DNA of 49,582 nucleotides, from positions 1 to 49,582 of the forward strand of contig JAUCBJ010007394.1 in the NCBI GenBank assembly GCA_032718475.1, in the 5' to 3' direction. The notes under the pieces are model-generated. The model did no database searches, was not told where the DNA came from, and saw only the letters and a program-made list of their open reading frames with translations. The translations under genes were made by a program, and so were the position numbers. Positions 1 through 10,585 of this stretch are shown piece after piece (positions within the stretch are counted from its first letter, which is position 1; every line of letters begins with the position of its first letter). The DNA comes from Nemertoderma westbladi (lineage: Eukaryota > Animalia > Xenacoelomorpha).

Positions 1-241
1 AAGGTTGGTGATTGGATGCAGTACTAGCGTCGGGGGACTAATAACGCCTCTAGCGGAATAAGCGGGAACTTGAGAAGTTACCATGGTTACGGATGAAATG
101 CTGACATCTGATTGGTTGAAATAATAACGACCACCGCAAAAGGATGAAATGGTGGCTTCTGATTGGTTGCAGTACCAGAAATGGATGGTAATGATGGGCT
201 ACGGGTGACCATGAAGCAGTGTCATAGTATTGTATACTACT

Positions 242-670
242 GACAGGCATCTGGCTGTTATCTTTGTTGACTTCTTCAAGGCCTTTGATTCAGTCTCTCG
301 CTCACGTATGTTCAGCATACTTTCATTATATGGGATTCCTGATGAAATTATTGCAGCAATCAGATCAGTATACGATGGTTCGACAACATTTGTGTCTACT
401 GTAGACGGTGACACAGAACCATTTGAAGTGTTATGGGGCGTCCTCCAAGGAGACACACTTGCACCATTCTTGTTCATAATTGTGGTTGACTATGTTTTAC
501 GCATGTCCCTTAGATCATCATAATGATGATGGTGTGATCGGATGATCTAGCAAATGTCATGGGTGACAGGGAGTTGTGGCGGCGCAATTTTTTCGATTAG
601 CTGGCACAGCATTCTTAAAACTGCAGCTGCAATGCAGCATGCCGATCCTAGTAGTAGTACTAGTAGTAGT
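242..670 (+). mobile_element. RTE-like non-LTR retrotransposon copy, 5'-truncated and internally deleted
   Basis: 242-538 is near-identical to 43179-43474 (RT segment IFVDFFKAFDSV...GVLQGDTLAP). 539-670 matches from 44243 to the 3' end, including the (TAG)n tail. About 768 bp of the longer copy is missing at the junction. Confidence 0.9.
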
Positions 671-799
671 TTCTGGATAGAGATGTGTGCGTGCATAGTA
701 CTAGACACAATGAATCAAACGTACAAACGCTTGATACATACAAACGCGGTGTAGTTTGTTCTTGTAACACTTTATAATAACAATTACTTTCTAAACAAG

Positions 800-830
<31 letters not shown>

Positions 831-2196
831 CCATTGTGAGGTGGTCCTGACCCCCGTCTACTGATCACTGAATGAAGGCAACATCTGGTCGGTTGCCTTT
901 TAGTTTGTGTTGGTTTCGCCTACCAGTAAAGATTTTACTTTAAACAATAAATTAAACATACAAGAATACCCCCCCCCCCCCCCACCCCCAACAGCATATT
1001 ATAATCCCAGTGATGTAAGAAGATAAAGTTAAGATACCGTAAATTCGGTAATTAAAAACAGTTTAATTTAAATTTCCGACATGACGCATGTTAATTAGAA
1101 TTACTATCGTAAAATATATTTTAATAGAAACTAATTATTACAGAAAATGTTCAAAAAAGATAATTGGATGCTATTTAGCTCTTTTCCTCATAACAGAAAG
1201 ACTTACTGCACAGTAACACGTTCGTGGGGCCTTCGCGCAGCACGAGGCCCACTTATGAGATACAAATTAAAATGGAGCGACTGTATCACAAAATCAGTAT
1301 TTAAGTTTAGAAATTAGTAAATTTAGAAATTTAACCACAATATCGCCAATCAATCAAGGAAAGGGGGACAGTACGTGTTCAGCCCTTTTAATCTGCCCCC
1401 CCCCCCCTCCTACCAACCAATAGATAACCGCGACATCTACCACCCTCAACGCAGTACTAACTACAGTCGATGCAGTAATGAATGATATTCAAATAATTTA
1501 TTTAATATACTGTTAATGCCTCTGAAAACTTAAACAATTAAAATACACAGAAATCCCATCAAAAAATAATAAGCCTAATATTTTGAGAAATAAACAATTT
1601 TGGATATAAGCCTTCTGCAGTGGTTATGTTATTGACTGACAATCATTAAATGAGATCTGTCTATTACCTGAGACGAAAGCAATAACACAATAATAGACTC
1701 TATAGTGTAATAGGAGGATAGGGAATGCAGGTTTCAATCTCGCTTAGGTCTAGCTGGCCATTCTCTCTACCTGCCGTGTGGTTAGTTACATACAACCCCC
1801 CCCCCCCCCCCCCCCCCCCCTCCACTCGCATTCCCAGAACAACTGAGACTGGCTGCTCTACACAGACATCCTTCCCTATCTTTGTACCAGCACCATCCAA
1901 CTTGCATGTTGACCAATAAATGAGCAGTATTTATTGTGCATAAAATTGTAGTGCCGTTTTAATTACTTTAGATCAATTAAAGACACAATTATTAAAGAAA
2001 ATCACTTGAACTAATTAAAACCTATAATGGAATGGGGTATGGGGATTACAGCTGTATAATTTTTAAGTATAACTATTTATAATCTTATACTATAAAATAA
2101 TTAATTTCCGTTAAAAGATAGGCTTGAAAATGCTGTTTTTACCGCAATTAATTAATTAACTAATTAACTGATTTTATCTTAGCTTCTCGAAGGCCA

Positions 2197-2388
2197 CACG
2201 CAAATTCAACTTGGAAAATTTCTAAACTTTTGCCAAAAAACATGTGTACCAAGTTTGGATAGATTTCATCGAGGATTGGCCGAGTTATTAACAGTTTAAA
2301 ATTGAACACGAACAAAAGAACGCAGATCAACAGGTTGATTAATGGTACCACTACGCTAAGGCTCGCGTACTTCGTGGCTCGCCCCACA
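2197..2388. repeat. Dispersed repeat, same family as the insertion in the Gypsy 5' LTR; possibly a non-autonomous Helentron/HINE-like end
   Basis: High similarity to 32253-32445 (CACGCAAATTC...CATGTGTACCAAGTTTGGATAGATTTCATC...CTTCGTGGCTCGCCCCACA). The family assignment is inferred from the terminal motif only. Confidence 0.7.
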
Positions 2389-2476
2389 AAGACGTGCTTT
2401 AATATCAAGTCAACACATACAGTGTATATCTGAATAATCTAGAAAATATAATAAATTCAAAATCGTTCAAAAATAA

Positions 2477-3408
2477 CCTTAAGGGGGGGGGGGGTATACC
2501 AATTCTGGAAGGGGTTGAAAAAGCTTCATATTCACTATAAAAAGTTAACTTGATGGTAGAAAAACTATATATGGAGTAAAAGGCAATAAAATGGGCTTTC
2601 CATTTCTGTAGTCAAAATCTCAAAATACTCGTTTCTGATTGGCTGATGGCAAAAAAAGTCAATTTTCATTGGTTAGTCGTCTAAAACACTACTCCTCATT
2701 CAATCTTTGGTGGAATTTGCTGAAATTTGCTGAGAACATTCATGAGGTAAGTTGCCACAAAAATCTTATTTAGGGCACTTTTCGTAATTCAAAATTTAGA
2801 AAATTGACTCTTTTCATACATATGACTACATTTTTAGTTAAAAAATGAGAAAAAAGTCGAATTAAAAAATTCTGTCTAAGAATTCTATTCTTATTGAGTT
2901 TATGAGCAGAACAAAAAAAAACAGAATCAAAATCCATTGAGAAATGGCGGAGGAGTAGCATTAGTTTACATGCTGTGGCAAAATCTAATCTGTCTGTCAC
3001 AATGTCCGTCAATGTGTTAGTTTGTCCATCATCTTTTAGTAAAACACACGACATTAATACAATTTTCGCTATTGGTGATTTTGAGGTCGGTAATTTCATT
3101 TTCGATGTCAGTTCTAATTTTTGGTTAAATCTGGTCTATCTGTCTATCTGTCTGTCTGTCAGACAGACTTAGTAAAATTTACTTGGGAAATTAAATTACC
3201 GAATTAAATTACAGTAAATAGGAATAAAACAAAAGTGTCAGCGGGATAGGGTGACAGACAGACCGAGAGACAGATATAAAATCAACCATGACTTAGATCT
3301 CGCCAAGACGTTTTCAGATTTAAAATCCTCATAAAAATTCTGCTTTAGATGAAATAAAAATAATAAAATCCGAAATTTTGACCAAAATTAGTATACCCCC
3401 CTGTTAGG
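2477..3408. mobile_element. Non-autonomous DNA transposon with degenerate TIRs and TTAA-type flanks
   Basis: Left end CCTTAAG(n)TATAC, right end GTATACCCCCCTGTTAGG. Flanked by ATAA and TTAA. No coding capacity. Confidence 0.5.
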
Positions 3409-3580
3409 TTAATGTTCGGCAGCCCGGCACGAACCACTGACTGTAACTTAGGGAGATATAGAATCAAAACAAACGCATAATTTGTGGAAAAAAAAGCACA
3501 TTTTGGAGCCCACAAGTCCTTTTGGGTAATTTTCAATAACTTTCCAGCGTAGGGAAAGGAAATAGTTTCAAAATTGGTTT

Positions 3581-6500
3581 ACAAGCTAACAATAACTTGT
3601 ACAAGCTAACAATAACTTGTACAAGCTAACAATAACTTGTACAAGCTAACAATAACTTGTACAAGCTAACAATAACTTGTACAAGCTAACAATAACTTGT
3701 ACAAGCTAACAATAACTTGTACAAGCTAACAGTAACTTGTACAAGCTAACAATAACTTGTACAAGCTAACAGTAACTTGTACAAGCTAACAGTAACTTGT
3801 ACAAGCTAACAATAACTTGTACAAGCTAACAATAACTTGTACAAGCTAACAATAACTTGTACAAGCTAACAGTAACTTGTACAAGCTAACAATAACTTGT
3901 ACAAGCTAACAGTAACTTGTACAAGCTAACAATAACTTGTACAAGCTAACAGTAACTTGTACAAGCTAACAATAACTTGTACAAGCTAACAATAACTTGT
4001 ACAAGCTAACAGTAACTTGTACAAGCTAACAATAACTTGTACAAGCTAACAGTAACTTGTACAAGCTAACAGTAACTTGTACAAGCTAACAATAACTTGT
4101 ACAAGCTAACAATAACTTGTACAAGCTAACAATAACTTGTACAAGCTAACAGTAACTTGTACAAGCTAACAATAACTTGTACAAGCTAACAGTAACTTGT
4201 ACAAGCTAACAATAACTTGTACAAGCTAACAGTAACTTGTACAAGCTAACAGTAACTTGTACAAGCTAACAATAACTTGAACAAGCTAACAGTAACTTGT
4301 ACAAGCTAACAATAACTTGTACAAGCTAACAGTAACTTGTACAAGCTAACAATAACTTGTACAAGCTAACAGTAACTTGTACAAGCTAACAGTAACTTGT
4401 ACAAGCTAACAATAACTTGAACAAGCTAACAATAACTTGTACAAGCTAACAATAACTTGTACAAGCTAACAATAACTTGTACAAGCTAACAGTAACTTGT
4501 ACAAGCTAACAATAACTTGTACAAGCTAAGAATAACTTGTACAAGCTAACAATAACTTGTACAAGCTAACAGTAACTTGTACAAGCTAACAATAACTTGT
4601 ACAAGCTAACAATAACTTGTACAAGATAACAATAACTTGTACAAGCTAACAATAACTTGTACAAGCTAACAATAACTTGTACAAGCTAACAATAACTTGT
4701 ACAAGCTAACAGTAACTTGTACAAGCTAACAGTAACTTGTACAAGCTAACAATAACTTGTACAAGCTAACAATAACTTGTACAAGCTAACAGTAACTTGT
4801 ACAAGCTAACAATAACTTGTACAAGCTAACAATAACTTGTACAAGCTAACAATAACTTGTACAAGCTAACAATAACTTGTACAAGCTAACAATAACTTGT
4901 ACAAGCTAACAATAACTTGTACAAGCTAACAATAACTTGTACAAGCTAACAATAATTTGTACAAGCTAACAGTAACTTGTACAAGCTAACAATAACTTGT
5001 ACAAGCTAACAATAACTTGTACAAGCTAACAATAACTTGTACAAGCTAACAATAACTTGTACAAGCTAACAGTAACTTGTACAAGCTAACAATAACTTGT
5101 ACAAGCTAACAGTAACTTGTACAAGCTAACAATAACTTGTACAAGCTAACAATAACTTGTACAAGCTAACAATAACTTGTACAAGCTAACAGTAACTTGT
5201 ACAAGCTAACAGTAACTTGTACAGGCTAACAGTAACTTGTACAAGCTAACAATAACTTGTACAAGCTAACAGTAACTTGTACAAGCTAACAATAACTTGT
5301 ACAAGCTAACAGTAACTTGTACAAGCTAACAGTAACTTGTACAAGCTAACAATAACTTGTACAAGCTAACAATAAATTGTACAAGCTAACAATAACTTGT
5401 ACAAGCTAACAATAACTTGTACAAGCTAACAATAACTTGTACAAGATAACAATAACTTGTACAAGCTAACAATAACTTGTACAAGCTAACAATAATTTGT
5501 ACAAGCTAACAGTAACTTGTACAAGCTAACAATAACTTGTACAAGCTAACAATAACTTGTACAAGCTAACAATAACGTGTACAAGCTAACAATAACTTGT
5601 ACAAGCTAACAATAACTTGTACAAGCTAACAGTAACTTGTACAAGCTAACAGTAACTTGTACAAGCTAACAATAACTTGTACAAGCTAACAATAACTTGT
5701 ACAAGCTAACAATAACTTGTACAAGCTAACAATAACTTGTACAAGCTAACAATAACTTGTACAAGCTAACAATAACTTGTACAAGCTAACAATAACTTGT
5801 ACAAGCTAACAATAACTTGTACAAGCTAACAGTAACTTGTACAAGCTAACAATAACTTGTACAAGCTAATAATAACTTGTACAAGCTAACAATAACTTGT
5901 ACAAGCTAACAATAACTTGTACAAGCTAACAATAACTTGTACAAGCTAACAATAACTTGTACAAGCATACAATAACTTGTACAAGCATACAATAACTTGT
6001 ACAAGCTAACAATAACTTGTACAAGCTAACAATTACTTGTACAAGCTAACAATAACTTGTACAAGCTAACAGTAACTTGTACAAGCTAAAAATAACTTAT
6101 ACAAGCTAACAATAACTTGTACAAGCTAACAGTAACTTGTACAAGCTAACAGTAACTTGTACAAGCTAACAATAACTTGTACAAGCTAACAATAACTTGT
6201 ACAAGCTAACAGTAACTTGTACAAGCTAACAGTAACTTGTACAAGCTAACAATAACTTGTACAAGCTAACAGTAACTTGTACAAGCTAACAATAACTTGT
6301 ACAAGCTAACAGTAACTTGTACAAGCTAACAGTAACTTGTACAAGCTAACAATAACTTGAACAAGCTAACAATAACTTGTACAAGCTAACAATAACTTGT
6401 ACAAGCTAACAATAACTTGTACAAGCTAACAGTAACTTGTACAAGCTAACAATAACTTGTACAAGCTAAGAATAACTTGTACAAGCTAACAATAACTTGT

Positions 6501-9089
6501 ACAAGCTAACAGTAACTTGTACAAGCTAACAATAACTTGTACAAGCTAACAATAACTTGTACAAGATAACAATAACTTGTACAAGCTAACAATAACTTGT
6601 ACAAGCTAACAATAACTTGTACAAGCTAACAATAACTTGTACAAGCTAACAGTAACTTGTACAAGCTAACAGTAACTTGTACAAGCTAACAATAACTTGT
6701 ACAAGCTAACAATAACTTGTACAAGCTAACAATAACTTGTACAAGCTAACAATAACTTGTACAAGCTAACAATAACTTGTACAAGCTAACAATAACTTGT
6801 ACAAGCTAACAATAACTTGTACAAGCTAACAATAACTTGTACAAGATAACAATAACTTGTACAAGCTAACAATAACTTGTACAAGCTAACAATAATTTGT
6901 ACAAGCTAACAGTAACTTGTACAAGCTAACAATAACTTGTACAAGCTAACAATAACTTGTACAAGCTAACAATAACTTGTACAAGCTAACAATAACTTGT
7001 ACAAGCTAACAGTAACTTGTACAAGCTAACAGTAACTTGTACAAGCTAACAATAACTTGTACAAGCTAACAATAACTTGTACAAGCTAACAATAACTTGT
7101 ACAAGCTAACAGTAACTTGTACAAGCTAACAGTAACTTGTACAGGCTAACAGTAACTTGTACAAGCTAACAATAACTTGTACAAGCTAACAGTAACTTGT
7201 ACAAGCTAACAATAACTTGTACAAGCTAACAGTAACTTGTACAAGCTAACAGTAACTTGTACAAGCTAACAATAACTTGTACAAGCTAACAATAACTTGT
7301 ACAAGCTAACAATAACTTGTACAAGCTAACAATAACTTGTACAAGCTAACAATAACTTGTACAAGATAACAATAACTTGTACAAGCTAACAATAACTTGT
7401 ACAAGCTAACAATAATTTGTACAAGCTAACAGTAACTTGTACAAGCTAACAATAACTTGTACAAGCTAACAATAACTTGTACAAGCTAACAATAACGTGT
7501 ACAAGCTAACAATAACTTGTACAAGCTAACAATAACTTGTACAAGCTAACAGTAACTTGTACAAGCTAACAGTAACTTGTACAAGCTAACAATAACTTGT
7601 ACAAGCTAACAATAACTTGTACAAGCTAACAATAACTTGTACAAGCTAACAATAACTTGTACAAGCTAACAATAACTTGTACAAGCTAACAATAACTTGT
7701 ACAAGCTAACAATAACTTGTACAAGCTAACAATAACTTGTACAAGCTAACAGTAACTTGTACAAGCTAACAATAACTTGTACAAGCTAATAATAACTTGT
7801 ACAAGCTAACGGTAACTTGTACAAGCTAACAATAACTTGTACAAGCTAACAATAACTTGTACAAGCTAACAATAACTTGTACAAGCATACAATAACTTGT
7901 ACAAGCATACAATAACTTGTACAAGCTAACAATAACTTGTACAAGCTAACAATTACTTGTACAAGCTAACAATAACTTGTACAAGCTAACAGTAACTTGT
8001 ACAAGCTAAAAATAACTTATACAAGCTAACAATAACTTGTACAAGCTAACAGTAACTTGTACAAGCTAACAGTAACTTGTACAAGCTAACAATAACTTGT
8101 ACAAGCTAACAGTAACTTGTACAAGCTAACAGTAACTTGTACAAGCTAACAGTAACTTGTACAAGCTAACAATAACTTGTACAAGCTAACAATAACTTGT
8201 ACAAGCTAACAATAACTTGTACAAGCTAACAATAACTTGTACAAGCTAACAATAACTTGTACAAGCTAACAATAACTTGTACAAGCTAACAGTAACTTGT
8301 ACAAGCTAACAATAACTTGTACAAGCTAACAATAACTTGTACAAGCTAACAATAACTTGTACAAGCTAACAATAACTTGTACAAGCTAACAATAACTTGT
8401 ACAAGCTAACAATAACTTGTACAAGCTAACAATAACTTGTACAAGCTAACAGTAACTTGTACAAGCTAACAATAACTTGTACAAGCTAACAGTAACTTGT
8501 ACAAGCTAACAATAACTTGTACAAGCTAACAATAACTTGTACAAGCTAACAATAACTTGTACAAGCTAACAATAACTTGTACAAGCTAACAATAACTTGT
8601 ACAAGCTAACAATAACTTGTACAAGCTAACAGTAACTTGTACAAGCTAACAATAACTTGTACAAGCTAACAATAACTTGTACAAGCTAACAATAACTTGT
8701 ACAAGCTAACAGTAACTTGTACAAGCTAACAGTAACTTGTACAAGCTAACAATAACTTGTACAAGCTAACAATAACTTGTACAAGCTAACAATAACTTGT
8801 ACAAGCTAACAATAACTTGTACAAGCTAACAATAACTTGTACAAGCAAACAATAACGTGTACAAGCTAACAGTAACTTGTACAAGCTAACAATAACTTGT
8901 ACAAGCTAACAGTAACTTGTACAAGCTAACAGTAACTTGTACAAGCTAACAATAACTTGTACAAGCTAACAATAACTTGTACAAGCTAACAATAACTTGT
9001 ACAAGCTAACAATAACTTGTACAAGCTAACAATAACTTGTACAAGCTAACAATAACGTGTACAAGCTAACAGTAACTTGTACAAGCTAA
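3581..9089. repeat. Satellite array, 20-bp monomer ACAAGCTAACA(A/G)TAACTTGT, about 275 copies
   Basis: Direct reading. Exact 20-bp register is kept over 5.5 kb, with an A/G dimorphism at one position and rare point variants. Confidence 0.99.
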
Positions 9090-9217
9090 ATGCCCGTTTG
9101 GTGACTCTTTGTAACCTATATTTATTCCCGACATCCACTAGTGATGCACAATTTCCAGTAAAAAAATTCGACTAGCTAAAGTTGTTATTATTTTGGTTGT
9201 TATTGATTTGTTATGTT

Positions 9218-9938
9218 ACTGAGTACTGAGTCGAGTCCTGAGTAGAGTACTGAGTCGAGTACTGAGTACTGAGTCGAGTACTGAGTCGAGTACTGAGTCG
9301 AGTACTGAGTCGAGTACTGAGTCGAGTACTGAGTCGAGTACTGAGTCGAGTACTGAGTACTGAGTCGAGTACTGAGTCGAGTACTGAGTACTGAGTCGAG
9401 TACTGAGTCGAGTACTGAGTACTGAGTCGAGGACTGAGTCGAGTACTGAGTACTGAGTCGAGTACTGAGTCGAGTACTGAGTACTGTGTCGAGTACTGAG
9501 TACTGAGTCGAGTACTGAGTACTGAGTCGAGTACTGAGTCGAGTACTGAGTCGAGTACTGAGTACTGAGTCGAGTAGTGAGTACTGAGTCGAGTACTGAG
9601 TACTGAGTCGAGTACTGAGTCGAGTACTGAGTCGAGTACTGAGTCGAGTACTGAGTACTGAGTACTGAGTCGAGTAGTGAGTACTGAGTCGAGTACTGAG
9701 TACTGAGTCGAGTACTGAGTACTGAGTCGAGTACTGAGTACTGAGTCGAGTACTGAGTACTGAGTCGAGTACTGAGTCGAGTACTGAGTACTGAGTCGAC
9801 TACTGATTTGAGTACTGAGTACTGAGTCGAGTACTGAGTACTGAGTCGAGTACTGAGTACTGAGTCGAGTACTGAGTACTGAGTCGAGTACTGAGTCGAG
9901 TACTGAGTACTGAGTCGAGTACTGAGTCGAGTACTGAG
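9218..9938. repeat. Compound tandem repeat of GAGTACT (7 bp) and GAGTCGAGTACT (12 bp) units
   Basis: Direct reading. Irregular alternation of the two units. Confidence 0.97.
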
Positions 9939-10153
9939 GTATTAAACTAAACAACAATGTTGGGAGTCCAATATTCTCCGCTCAGATGACGACAATAAAC
10001 AGAATATTATAATGAAAGAAAATCCCGCAACTTTTTTCTATGAAGAACATTTAATGGAATCCGCCATAAACTTCCTTGGATATAAAATTATTGCAGCTAA
10101 AAAGAAGGAGGAGGAACGCACAAATCTTTACATGAAAAAAAAACCAAGTCTTA

Positions 10154-10279
10154 GGGGCCACCCATAAATTACGTCACGCTGGACAGGGGGGGGGGGGGGG
10201 GTCCGCAATATCGTGACGTCACATTATAAGTTTTAAAAAATGTATTTAAAAGACGTGACCGTCATTTATGGATGGCCCC
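10154..10279. mobile_element. PIF/Harbinger-type MITE (126 bp)
   Basis: Imperfect TIRs GGGGCCACCCATAAATTACGTCACG / CGTGACCGTCATTTATGGATGGCCCC, with TTA on both sides (10151-10153, 10280-10282). The 3-bp TWA TSD is typical of PIF/Harbinger. Confidence 0.75.
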
Positions 10280-10377
10280 TTAACATTAACACAAGATACA
10301 ATGAGACGTACGTAGTAGTTTACTAAAAGGTACGACACAAAGTTGTTCGTAGAAAAATATGATTTCCGATTGCGACG

Positions 10378-10383
10378 TTTATT
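10378..10383 (-). promoter_or_regulatory. Candidate polyadenylation signal of EDC4
   Basis: AATAAA on the minus strand about 180 nt downstream of the EDC4 stop codon. Confidence 0.45.
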
Positions 10384-10485
10384 CCACCTCCGTACGTCAA
10401 TTTCGACCGAACCGAGATAGATTTAGTGACTAATCAACCCGAGTCTACTTGTTCCCTCTAATAGTTCAAACCATTATCATCATTT

Positions 10486-10585
10486 CTACCTGTTCCTCTG
10501 GGTTCCCTCTCTACCTGTTCCTCTGAGTTCCATCTCTACCTGTTCCTCTGAGTTCCCTCTCTACCTGTTCCTCTGAGTTCCATCT
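10486..10585. repeat. Four tandem copies of a 25-bp unit spanning the EDC4 stop codon
   Basis: CTACCTGTTCCTCTG(A/G)GTTCC(A/C)TCT at 10486, 10511, 10536 and 10561. Confidence 0.95.

Noticed and set aside
800-1820. Long C homopolymers (30 nt at 800-829, 25 nt at 1796-1820)
   Set aside because: Simple repeats with unreliable length in assemblies; no associated structure identified.
3581-9089. CRISPR-like array, or an information-bearing binary A/G code in the 20-bp repeat
   Set aside because: No unique spacers and no cas genes in a eukaryotic context. The A/G pattern is copied in blocks, as expected from unequal exchange.
9211-9957. 248-aa ORF (STQY/SVLD/STRL repeats)
   Set aside because: Translation of the GAGTACT/GAGTC tandem repeat with a non-ATG start; the repeat simply lacks stops on that strand.
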